This document shows positions 12,216 through 23,599 of a DNA stretch of 64,000 bases, piece after piece. Where the stretch lies: contig JAAOMT010000620.1 of assembly GCA_016748015.1 (NCBI GenBank), positions 395,391 through 459,390 of the forward strand. Direction: 5' to 3'. The translations under genes and the position numbers were made by a program. The notes under the pieces are model-generated. The model was given only the letters and a program-made list of their open reading frames with translations, ran no database searches and had not been told where the DNA came from. The stretch is from Geosiphon pyriformis uo1. Taxonomy: Eukaryota > Fungi > Glomeromycota. Numbering within the stretch: position 1 is the stretch's first letter; every line of letters starts with the position of its first letter.

Positions 12216-15200
12216 TAGTTTTATTTCTAAATACATAAATTTAAATTTAAATTTTTTTAAATTTTTTTAAACAACTCTAATTTTTGTTTAACTGTTTTAA
12301 ATTTTTATTATTACATATTTAAAATTATGCATAATTTATTGTATTATTAATAATTAAATAATTAATGTAATTTGCAAAATTATAATAAAAATAATTTTTA
12401 ATAATTTTTAATAATTTTTAATTAACAATAATATTTAAGTTTAATAAAAATACAATTAAAAAGTAATTACATAAATATGTTAAAAGTAAATAGGTTTTTA
12501 TTAAAAACTTTTTATAAAATTAAAATACTAAAATGTTTTTAATTTAAAAAATATTTATTTATTAAATTAAATTTAAATAATTAGTTATATATAGTAAATA
12601 TGTAAAGTATACTTATAATTTGATTTTTAAAAGTTATAATATAAGACATAATAAAATTAAAATTAGTTAAAACATAATAAAATAATAATAATAATACATA
12701 AATAATTAATGTATTTAAAATAATATTACAAAAATATGTAAATTTTAATATAATTACAGTTTTTTTGTAAATTAAAAAAATTCTTATTAAGTTTTTTAAT
12801 TTTTAAAGTATTCTTTTTTATATTTGAAAAAATTAGGTTTATTTTATATTATATAAAAATTAGTTTATTTTAAAACCAACTTCTTAAATATTATATTAAA
12901 AACATTTTTAGAATATGTTTAATTTTTTTAATTTTTTTTTTAAATTGATTATTTAAATATTATATAATTTTAATAATTAATTACAAAAAATTTGAATACT
13001 ATATTTATTTGTATAGTTTTGGTTTGGCTTTGTTTTTTGTGCTTTTATAATAAAAATTTTGACTGTTAACTATATATATATATAATATTAAATTGGTTTT
13101 TGTTTAATATAACTTTTTAAAAAAATTAAATGATTTATATATTAGTATTAATGTTTTGTTTATAAAACAATATAATTTTTTAATGTTATTAAATTTAAAC
13201 TAATCAAATTTTAAAAAAAATATAAAATTTTAAATAATATTACAAAACTTAAATCGTAAATATCTTCCCAACTGTAAGAAACTAGTGGATAAAAAAAAAT
13301 AAGTAATATTTGTTTGAAATAAAAGTAATTAAAATTATTTACAGATTTTTAAGCTACAATAAATGGCTAACTGGAATATATTTTTTAATGTTGATCTTAA
13401 CTTAAAATTAATTGAAAAATTGATAGAATTCTCAGTGTTAAAAGTTTGGCACATTAATAAAAGAATCAAGAATAAAAAGAAAAAAATATTTGTAAAGTGA
13501 TAATAGATGATTTTTGCAAGTGAAAATTATTTATTATATCAAAAAGCAAAACCCATAATGTTCTTGCTAAAAAGTACACAAACTTAGTCATTGATAATCA
13601 AAATCTTGGAGAAAAAATATATTAAAGAAATAGATTCCTATCTAAAACCAAAAATAGAAAATTCCTATCGATACTTTTGGCTTTGCGCCACTCGCATTAT
13701 ATGGAGGATATTGAGTAATCAAAAAAAAGTATGTAACAACGAAAATAGCAATTTTAGTGGTGCCATTAACAATTTTGCCCCTGCGATCTGCTCGTGGTGC
13801 AAGATTCACTTTATTTGGTTTTTATTGAATTTTATAAAAAAAACATTTTTAGAATTAGTCAAAATAATAAGCATAAATGAAGAAAATAAAGTGTTTTGAG
13901 AAACCTCATAAAAAAACATAAATTTTCTCTTAAAATAAATCCAAATAAGTAACAAAATAAAATTATTTCAATTACGTTTTGGTAATAAACCAATGCATAT
14001 TTTCAATGAATATTTCTCAATATTTAGAATTGTTAAAATTATTGACAAAAACAAATTCAAAATCGGTGTAATTTGACACTTGCCATTTTGATCAGAAATA
14101 ACGTGATAATGTGGTTCATAAAATGTCAACGAATATCTCCCTCTCAATATGATATAATTTCGGGGATATTTTAATCAGTAGAACAAAAACATCCACGATA
14201 ATTTTGTTTTTCTCACACAAATTACTCTTATCATAATAAGTTACTCTTTCATAATATGATTTCTTTTGTTTCAAGGATCTTTACTTTTAATAATAAGAGC
14301 ATTAACTATTTCAAACCCAGTTTTAAAAAAATTTCTAGACAATATATTCGGGAAAAAGGCTTTTGATAATAAATCAGTTTTAAAGACTTCGCCACCCATC
14401 ATGACTTTATTACTTTCAGAATAAAATTAACCCAGTTTAATTAAAAAATCAGGCATCATTCCTACACCATTCCTAATTAACATCCACCCTTAAAAGTTGA
14501 AAGTTTTTTTAAAATATGAAAAACTTTACTCACGAATCTGTCAAAAGTTAGTTAACAAGCTTCCCAAGAGTTTCCCAATGTGGTTTACCTCAATCAAAAA
14601 ATCTCGCCACCAACTTCGACAGAATCATTCATAAATATTTGTTCCTTTCAAACAAGAAATTTAATCGTTCTAACTTCTTTTGGATAATCACGAAACCTGG
14701 TCATCAATGAGTTTCAAAGAAACAGTCAACTTTCTTATCGCTTTGGATGTTGACGCAGTCTTGCGCAGGATGTTTAATTTGCTAATCATTGGTTTTCCCT
14801 CAGGTACAGATTTTGAATAGGATAATAAATTCAAATCTTTATTTCACAACACATTTTAGTGAGGAATTGATTTGAAAAAACTTCAATGTAAGAAATTATT
14901 CAAACCAAAGAAACCCCAGGTGGTAAAAGTAAGAATTAATTCATCTTCTCCAGATAAAATTAGATTTTTGCTCAATTACATTTGATAGTAATCAAGTTTT
15001 TAAACAGGATAACACAAAGATTTCCACGAAATATAAGTTCGATCCTTTTGCTTTTGGTAATAAAAAGTTTAGGAATATTCTGAATTTTAATCGAAAAGGA
15101 AAATTTTCCCTTGTAAAATGCGCATATCACAAATGCTGTATGTTTCCAACTATCCCAGCCAAATTGAAGGAAAATAACTTATACATGAAAAAAGGAACTG

Positions 15201-15595
15201 TAGTAAAATTCTTCCCCCCGCTCTCAAACAAAGTACCTACCATGATGAATTTTTCCTTAACAAGTCTTAACCAAAAAATAGAATTGCTCTCAGGTTCCCT
15301 TTTTAAGATTATTTGTCAACAAAAGTCCTGAGAAAAACATGTACTTTATTAATTTCTACTCGAGTCTTAGATCACTGATCAAAGTGAAAAAGGATTGTAA
15401 GGAGTTAATAAAAAAAACTAAAGCAATCATTTAAGCCTTTTTAGCCTATAAAAAGAAAAGTTAAGCTAAAAATATGAATTGATAAGACATAAAAAAGACT
15501 CAAGTCAAATATGTGTCTAGATTAATTCTTGTCTTCAAGCAATTTACGGAAATTTGAAGTAAGAAGGGAAATTACAGAGTATTAATGTTTATTTA

Positions 15596-16698
15596 CTAAT
15601 AATCAGAGTCCATCATTGTGTTGTCGGATTTAATTGAGCCAAGGTCATCTTCATTTTCTTCATCGTCGGCAAAATCTCCATTATTACTATGTCGATAACT
15701 GCTTGCTTTTGACGAAGATGAAGATGAGGTCGAAGAAAATGGGCTGGCTTTCATAGGTAATGTATATCCATCTTCATCTTCATACACCTCTTCGTCATTT
15801 ACACGTTCCTCCTCAGCATCGTCTGGACCATTTTTGCGGAATTCTTCTTTAAATTCTTCTACTTTGTGTTCCATCTCATCTTCATCTGATGAAATGACAA
15901 TAACTTCTTTTACTGGAACTTTCTCTTTCAACTTTTTCAACTTTTTCTTTTGATTTTTAACATCTTGAATTTCCAAAGCTTCCAGATCCATATCTGTGTG
16001 AGTGACCAGTCTTCCTATCCTTCCCCAATTATTCTTCAACCTTTGAGCTTGAGCAGCATCTCGAATCCCTTTACCCCAATGAATCACATAGTGACGTTTA
16101 TTTTTAGGCCCTGTCCACCATTTGTCTTGTTCACACAATAAACAACGTGCTGCCAGAATACGTTTCACTACAGATGGTGGACATCTCCCTTGGTAAAGAG
16201 TCGCATACTCATCAAATTCTTTCTTTTTAGCGGTTTGTTTCGCGCTGAGCTCAAAGGATGTTGCGTCTTTTTTACTCAAGAAACCTGTTACGGCAAGTAC
16301 CGGTATCCATTTGCCGTTCCTTGTCGCTTTCGACCCCCCTTTTATCTCCCCATTATGTTGATGTAGGCGACCCTGATTTATGCCATGATAAAAGCAAGCA
16401 AAGAGAACATTTCAAATCGATATTTTAGGCAGATACGATATAAATTCAAAATTACACTCGAAAAGTTTCTTGAGCGAAAATTTTTTATCATTTTTATTAC
16501 CCATTTGATATTTCAATGATAAAAAAAGTCCCTCTCAAAAATTTTCAACATGACAATTCACAAAACCATCTTCCAAATTCTTTTAATGAATTGTACCTTA
16601 AGGTCATTAGTATACCCAACATAAGTGGAATTGCTCTTGTTCATATTTCGCAAGACATAGACACAAGGAGTTTTCTCGAGTGTTGCTTTTTTTTTCAT
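15596..16698 (-). CDS. SLX1-like GIY-YIG endonuclease (~292 aa, 2 exons: 16698-16597, 16372-15596) with acidic C-terminal tail and no RING domain
   Basis: Spliced translation MKKKATLEKTPCVYVLRNMNKSNSTYVGYTNDLK|GRLHQHNGEIKGGSKATRNGKWIPVLAVTGFLSKKDATSFE matches the GIY-YIG/SLX1 pattern (Y..YVG..R.QHNG.I.GG..T..W..V.GF..FE). Phase-0 GT..CAG intron at 16596-16373. The ORF track shows only the distal part. Confidence 0.88.
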
Positions 16699-17349
16699 TT
16701 TTGATAGTTTTGAGATAATGGCCAAAAAAGTTTACAAAAGTTGAGAAGCAACAACAAAAAGGAAAAATGGATTTTCAGGATACCAAAAGAAAATCAACAC
16801 CTGAATAGATGTTCACCATCACCATTTTATCACACAGCACATATCTCACAAAATGTGTGATGGTACGACAACTGAGACACAATGGATATTAAAAGGTTAC
16901 CCAATATTGGAAAGAGAGTTCGATGTGGTAGAAGTTACACAACTATTGATTTTCTAATAAAGGCTCGATGATACAGGGCCTCTGCAGATGAGAGTGGCAC
17001 TTGCGAAACGGGCGAATAATGGATTCAAGGGCTTTCTTACGATTATCAAGTCTTCATTCCCGGGATTCCCCGTTTGCCATTTCATTTAAAAAAATGGGAA
17101 GGCAAGTGGGGACGCGAAAGGCTGGATTAATATTACTCATATGACTCGTGACTCATTGAGAAGCAAAATCGTGATTTATCCAATCATAAAACCCAGATAT
17201 TTGCAGATGTGATTTAAAAAGTCGATTTTTTTTCCATCACCCTGATAACTAATTTTCGGCATTCTTATTTTTTTAAAGCTTCCATTTGAACTTGAATAGA
17301 ATTCATCAATTTAAATAGATAAGATATATGCGCTTAAATTTTGCCTCCA
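16699..17349. promoter_or_regulatory. Divergent intergenic region (likely bidirectional promoter) between the GIY-YIG gene and MRPL28
   Basis: Head-to-head starts ~650 bp apart; CpG retained; TGACTCA at 17149-17155 and CCAAT near 17180. Confidence 0.45.
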
Positions 17350-17916
17350 ATGATAATTCTCAATAATTCTCAATCTCTCTACAATCTCTCTAAAAGATAT
17401 CTCCCAAACATTTCAATCCTGCCCTTCACCCAACTCTCATTACGTCGTCAATATGCCAAGAAAGTTGAAACAGGTCCACCACCAGGTGTAAAAAGTGCTT
17501 CACAAAAATCGCTTGATCCTCGATACGAGATTATCAAGGGTATCTTATTCAACAGTCAGAAAACAAATTTACCCACACTCACCAACCAAGATCTTGAACA
17601 GCATGAGACGATTGAACGCGCTTGGAAATTATACACGCGTTATAGGCGTGAGAGGCGATATAACGAAATGGCGAAAAAATTTGAGAGTATGTGTGAGGCG
17701 AATTTAGAATTAGAAATAACAGATCCCAATTTGTTTAAACAAGCACAATTAATTAATCGTAAGGAAGCATTGTTTCCCAAAAAAATGAAAGTTCCCACAG
17801 AAACACCACCGTTAACTGGATGGAATTATGACTATGTTCACCCAAAAGATCCGGATAATGAAATTAAGATTACCGATCTAGAAAATAGTGTTGACCAAGA
17901 TGAGTTGCAAGAATAG
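17350..17916 (+). CDS. MRPL28: Mitochondrial ribosomal protein mL40 (yeast MRPL28 / human MRPL40 family)
   Basis: Basic, Ser/Leu-rich presequence-like N-terminus; TIERAWKLY...FESMCEA..EL...LF..A...FP...PTETPP..GW motif; first ATG at 17350; intronless. Confidence 0.85.
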   Translation: MIILNNSQSLYNLSKRYLPNISILPFTQLSLRRQYAKKVETGPPPGVKSASQKSLDPRYEIIKGILFNSQKTNLPTLTNQDLEQHETIERAWKLYTRYRRERRYNEMAKKFESMCEANLELEITDPNLFKQAQLINRKEALFPKKMKVPTETPPLTGWNYDYVHPKDPDNEIKITDLENSVDQDELQE

Positions 17917-18208
17917 TGAAAAATTTTAATCGACTTACAATTTTATAATTCAATTGCTTTAAATTTTTCCTCGTGCTGTTTTCAATAGTAGTTGAAACAG
18001 CAAAATCAATATGTAACGTTTTTTTTCCGCTTTTTATAGGCTCAGACCCGGGTTATATTATTTTAAGTAGGTTACAAATGTACATTGTTTCCTTGAATTT
18101 TGCTACTTTTTGATTTTCAATATAGTTCCGATTATTATATTTAATAAAATATTTACTAGTTAGTATTAACAATTCCATTTTCCTATTCCAATCAAATTCC
18201 CTTCAAGG

Positions 18209-19644
18209 TCATCTTTCATGATTTCGATATAGAATATCATAATGACCAGGTCTATACAATAATACCAAGGGCTTTAAGGGAATAACTCCTTGTCCAGTTT
18301 CTTCAGGATAAAACTCGTGGAAATTCACCTCATCCATCGCATTTGATCCACTCATATATGCAATCTCTACTGGAACTTTAATCGCCCGTGTCAAGACAAT
18401 AACATGTATATGATCAGCTTCTTGATCCATTACTTCAACGAAATGACTGCAGTATTGATCCATCCCAATATCCATCTCTAAAAAAGGTTCATATTCATCA
18501 CGATGGAGCTTTAAATAGGCAGCAGTCACCAATCGAAGATACCAAACAATATGATTGGATATATCATCAGTTTGAAAAATTGACAATAATGTATCATGAT
18601 CACGGGTTCCCCGTTGGATGACTTGCAGCTGTTCACGGACCACATCATAAATATCTTCAAAGACGAGGGCTTGGTAACCTGCCTTTTCGAGGATAACCTT
18701 AGTATCGGCGAGAGCTCTAAGTGCATTATTAAGCAACAGTGGTTGTCTTGACTGTAAAAGTCGTTCAAACCAGGCAAATGCAAAAGCTAGAAATATCGTA
18801 ATTGGTCACTTCTTTTTAATATTTGCCAATTTGTCACCCGGAAAATTAACGGTATTCAGAAATAAATCTCCAATGGGATCTTGAACAAGAATATTACCTC
18901 GATAAAAACAATTTCCGTCTCCACGACATCGTCTTATTCTTCCATGTCGTTGAGATAGTTTCTATTGAAAAATATAAATTTCCTTGTAAATTATTGGTTT
19001 CTTTATAATCAAGGTAAAGGTAGATTACAGTTACATACCGCTATTTTTTGTTTATACACATCGCTTCCATGTTGATATTCTTCGTATAATTTTCCAATGG
19101 ATTCTTCAACGCACACAAGCGGCATCTTTTTGGTTTCTTCTCTGATTGATTGTTCAAACGCGAAATTTTTCTCGAAGGAAGTTCGTTCATCAACTGTTCG
19201 ATCGGAGAACGGTGACGGGTCAATATCCATTGGTTGCAGATTATTGCCGTTATCAGAGTCAGATATTGTCTTTTCGACGTTAACAGCCGCCTCTGATTTA
19301 TTTACTGAGAGTTGGAGTTGGGTTGAGGGACTATTGCTTTCAGTCACCAACCTTTTGGGTTCTTTATTCTCCTCTAAATTTTCATTTAATCTTTCTTTAT
19401 TCTCTTCTAAATTCTTATTTACGGTAGGACTGGATATTTGCTCTTCTTTTTCAACCGTTTCTTCCCTTGGGTCTTTTGTAACTGTTACCTCTTCTTCACT
19501 TGGGATAATTACCTTTCCATTCTCAGCTCCTGTGTCCGTAGCTCCCACAACAGGCGCCGATTCAGGGGTCTTTCGTTGGACTTTTGCTTCAGGTTCAGTT
19601 TTTGCTTCTTCAGTTTGTGTTAGATAATCTTCGCCTCCGCCCAT
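18209..19644 (-). CDS. OTUB1: Otubain-type ubiquitin thioesterase (peptidase C65); exons 19644-19039, 18961-18898, 18786-18209
   Basis: Catalytic RRCRGDGNCFYRA in exon 2/3, YLRLVTAAYL, EADHIHV and LLYRPGHYDILY; GT-AG introns restore the frame. Confidence 0.93.
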
Positions 19645-20120
19645 TTTTATTTTATTGAGAAACTATTTTAACAAAAAGAAACTGGAATTAATTGTTAATT
19701 TACTAACCCATTACCCACAACAGGTGTTTTATATACTTTCTTTCAACCAATAAACCCGTCGATTCGTAATCATTCTGCATCACCAGGCGTTTGTTGGTAC
19801 TTTCGTTAATCTATGCTTCAGCCTTCTGATTACGACTGTGGCGCCACTTTTTAAATTCAAACACCTATTAGTATTTAATCTTTCTTTAAAGCTAGTCTCT
19901 GGAAAGCACGTCTAAAGTAGTTTCACAAGCCGGTTTGGTTGAAGTGTTTATGTACACTCGTTTTTAGTGCAGTACCTGAATTTCATTAAGCTTACAATAA
20001 TATGGCAATAGTTAAGTCTTTTTACTCTTTGAGTCTTCACTTCAAAAGGCATCACAATAGCGTGAAGTCTTTCTGGGTGAGCTTGCTCTTCTCACTCGAC
20101 CTTCTATAATCAAGAGAATC
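19645..20120. promoter_or_regulatory. Divergent intergenic region between otubain and EOS1-GT31
   Basis: Head-to-head ATGs separated by 476 bp; CpG retained. Confidence 0.45.
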
Positions 20121-22132
20121 ATGGCAGCTTTTCGAGGTCGTCGCTTGGGTGACATACCACGCAAATATCATCTTCCACTCTATATCCTCAGAGCCCTGAG
20201 TTTAGTCCCTTCAACCTATGGTCTCTATTGCCTTTTTACTTTCGCCAAAGGACTTAATAAAAGAAGTGCAGGTGATTTATTGCTTCTCAAGAGTACCAAG
20301 TTGGATTTTTGGTTGGGTGGCATGTGGGCAAGTATCCATGGTTTCTGAAATCTTTTTATCATTTCTTTGGAGGGCAGGGCTCAGGAACTTATAAGTGCAT
20401 AAAAATTAGAAAACCTGAGTTTTGATCAGTGAAAATGCTTTTCGATATCCATTTCGAATTGACTTGGATATTTTTGCAATTTCTTTTTGTCTTAACCATT
20501 TCTTTTTTGAGCCATGATCATGCCATGATTTTCATGTATCAAAACGTCGGACATATTGAAAACATTTAACGTTCAAAATTTCAATATTTTTTATCACAGT
20601 GCAGCCTATCCAGTTTGTGGAGCTTTTGGTTAGCAGATGGTTTGATGCGCCGATGGTTATTTCATTATGAGATCAGAAATACGATTATTAGGCTTATTTC
20701 CCTCCAAGCGATCAATTGGGTGGTAACGGCACTTGTGGCATCCCATTTCGGTCCCGATGAGCCATTGTGGACTTGGATTGTAGTCATTTTAGTATTTGCA
20801 ATCGCGAACTCTATACAATGGCTTTTCACTTCGCCCCCCAAATATCAAAAAGTAGTTGACCTAGAAACCACCAAGGCCCTTGCGTGGAAAGATGTTGAAC
20901 GCTACATTGTTGTTCCGTTTACTATTGTCACCTTCATCACTATGGTCTGCCTTCTTGAACAGCAATCCCATTTCTGGTACAATTCTCATTTCCGAAAAAC
21001 AGAATATAAATTGGATAATAATTTGACCCATATTGAAATACCAGCCGTATATGTAAAAATAATCCTCATAATTTTGTCTTCCTGGACTGAGTTAAGTTAT
21101 CAAAAACGCGTGGAATTCCGTAAAAGCTCTTTAAGATTGCTGCCAAGGGATTCAGATAGAATCTCAATTGTTTATAAATTCATTCTTGGTGAACCTCCTT
21201 CAACTAAAGTGCAAATGGATATGGGCCATAAAATAGATATTGAGTCACAAAAGTATAACGACATTTTGATTGTTCCATGTTTGGATGCAATAAGTCATCA
21301 AAGCCGTAAGTTATATAAAAGTTTTCAATGGACAAACGAATTTGCTTTTGACTACTTGGTGAAAACCAATGACGACGTCTTCATTCGAATGGACACTGTT
21401 ATTCATGAATTGGAAGAGTTAGGACCTGGTAAACCTTACTACTGGAAAGGCCTTGCTTATTGGTTAGCTGTGGGTCCGCTTGTGTTGGTTGGAGTTCATT
21501 AATTCTGAAAGAACGGAGATTATAATATTTTTCTTTTCAATTTCAGGAACATACCACCAAATCAAGAAACTGAGCAAGAATATCCGGACTCCAAATATGA
21601 TCTTCCAGTTTTTCCCCCGTTCACCGCTGGTTCTCTCTATATCCTATCGCGTGATATAGTCAGCCTTATACTCACAGAAGCGCCACGATTATTCTTGGAA
21701 AATGAAGATCAATCACTCGGGGTTTGGCTGTTTTCTTACAATATCAAACCCATCCATGATCGAAGGATACAGCAGGCCAATGTTTGCGAGAACGACATGA
21801 TTGCGAAGCAGTTTAAAGATCTCTATCCCTCCAACAAATCTATGCAAGAAATGTATGAAAATGTTGTTAGTAATCGACCATTGTGTGAAGGATTTGACAA
21901 AAGTAATTGTGCTGTTTGCTATTCTTGCGAAGGTCGGGAACGACATTGGCATTCTTGGAATTTTAAATGTCATCCTCTCAAGGGAATTTCTTTGATGTTT
22001 GCAGAGGCCGGTTTTAGCTTTTTGAACCCTTCAATACATGAGAAACTGGACAATTCAGAAAAGGTTGAAGGTAATAGATTGGAAAATGAGGCCTTACTTA
22101 AGATTGATCGTGAAAGAAGAAAATCTCTCTGA
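20121..22132 (+). CDS. Fusion of an EOS1-like multi-pass membrane domain and a family-31 (beta-1,3-galactosyltransferase-like) glycosyltransferase; exons 20121-20327, 20600-21462, 21547-22132
   Basis: EOS1-like LRALSLVP...WCSLSSLWSFWLADGLMRRWL.HY....IIRLISLQAINW. GT31 motifs FILG, ESQKYNDI, YLVKTNDDVFI, FPPFTAGSLYILSRD and NEDQSLGVW. Splicing restores the frame. Confidence 0.82.
20328..20599 (+). other. GC-AG intron
   Basis: Donor TGG|GCAAGT and acceptor ttatcacag|TGC give in-frame MW-CSLSSLW; the nearby GT at 20332 does not restore the frame with either nearby AG. Confidence 0.7.
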
Positions 22133-22388
22133 AAGGCGAAAATCTAGGCGTCTCCCTCCAACTATTCAAAAAATAGAAAAATAGACCCTCCCCCCCCCAA
22201 ATTGATCATTTCAAATTGTATTTATATCACCATTTTCATTACCTGAATCATTTTGATGCTATTTGGGAGTACTCGGAATTTTTGATTTGGGCTTATCTTT
22301 TACGACTGTTATTTGATTTAAAATATCTGGATATTTTCAAGCTAACTAAAAACCCTCAATTCTATTGCTAATGAAAAAATTCTGAAGT

Positions 22389-23311
22389 TCACTGCTTGGA
22401 GACATTTGCAGTTGCCAAATTTATTTTCATTTGAAACACATCAAGCGTGACTTGATAATCAAAAAATGATTTATGTTAATGGTTTAGAACGATATAGGCG
22501 TTAATCAAAAAAAATTATAAGAAATACCTCTCAAATTATTCTGCTTTGATGTAATCGTTTGTTGTAAGGAGTCAAGGTTTTGTTTGACAAATTCTACCTT
22601 TCCTAAGAAGAATTTAATTGCATCTTCGATAGACTAGATATTGAATAATGTAAATAAGCATTGAACCAAAGCCTTTGATTTAAATATCTCGAGAAAAACC
22701 TATACCTTTTCTACATAATATCCAGTACCAACATCTACAATCACCTTTTCAGATTGGGCCAATTCTCCAGGTACATAAAGGTATAATTAGCATGTTAAGG
22801 TGATTAATTTGGATATTTTATTAAGGAGCAGAGTTCCAAATAAAAGGATATCGACTCTGTTAAAGGTAAAAGTATGTCTTTTCCTGTTTTATGCCCCAGA
22901 ATTAGTAAACAGATCAATAAGATTCATAGGGAAAATGATAGCAACTTCAAAAATTACCTGAATTGCCAGATTTGACTGCTTCTACACTGAGTATACAATC
23001 TTGGAATTTGCCCTGTGCTTGTTTTAATTGCGCAAATGAAGTAGTCAAGTGAGATAATTCCTGAGAGATTAAAACAATTCTTTTTAAATTTTGAAGACTT
23101 TTGGTAATTCTCAAACGAGAATTTAGCGTTATTAAAGAAATCCCGATTTGACTCGAAATAGCTGGCTAAACTAAAAGTAAATAGCCGGTTTCTAATAAAT
23201 ATATACTTCTTCCAATTGCTTTTTAACTTCTGCTAATTGTGGAATGTCCAAGTCAGTGAGTTCAATAGTTGACTGCTGTTGTCGAGAATTAGGTAAGCTT
23301 GATACAGACAT
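22389..23311 (-). CDS. GIM5: Prefoldin subunit 5 (alpha-type; GIM5/PFDN5), 160 aa, 6 exons: 23311-23207, 23060-22958, 22883-22852, 22780-22706, 22633-22528, 22450-22389
   Basis: Spliced protein MSVSS...LDIPQLAEVKKQLEE|ELSHLTTSFAQLKQAQGKFQDC...GKDILLPLTES|LYVPGELAQSEKVIVDVGTGYYVEK|SIEDAIKFF...; exons total 483 nt. Absent from the ORF track. An upstream in-frame ATG exists at 23362. Confidence 0.93.
22781..22851 (-). other. U12-type (minor spliceosome) AT-AC intron, 71 nt
   Basis: 5' site ATATCCTTTT, branch site CACCTTAAC shortly before the 3' TAC; removal restores the conserved PLTES-LYVPG. Confidence 0.93.
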
Positions 23312-23599
23312 TTCTTCGTGGTGGTTCAGTGTTGGATGTTTATTGGCTCTTCTTTTACCCATTTTTGATAAGCCAAACTGGGAAATCCTGAAGTTAAAAT
23401 AGATTAGTAGCTAACCTAATTTGAAAAAATGATGCCATCAAATTTATAATTATTGTACAGCTAATTTTTTATTTTAAAAAAATAGTAGATGTCTTTTTTA
23501 ATAATTCTTTGATTTTTTTGATTTAAGTTGGCCATTAAGAGCAATATTAAACTGTTTTGTGTAAATTTTACATTTAAGAATTTTTACTTTTTTTATTAT

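Noticed and set aside
13591-13899. 102-aa ORF
   Set aside because: Non-ATG start, no recognisable motif, no splice support.
16984-17078. Hammerhead-like CAGATGAG...CGAAAC...GTT
   Set aside because: The core lacks CUGA, stem II is poor and there is no convincing stem I.
19097-19627. 176-aa Ser-rich ORF (similarly 28352-28609 and 29335-29772)
   Set aside because: Antisense to Glu/Lys-rich exons of otubain and EAF3.
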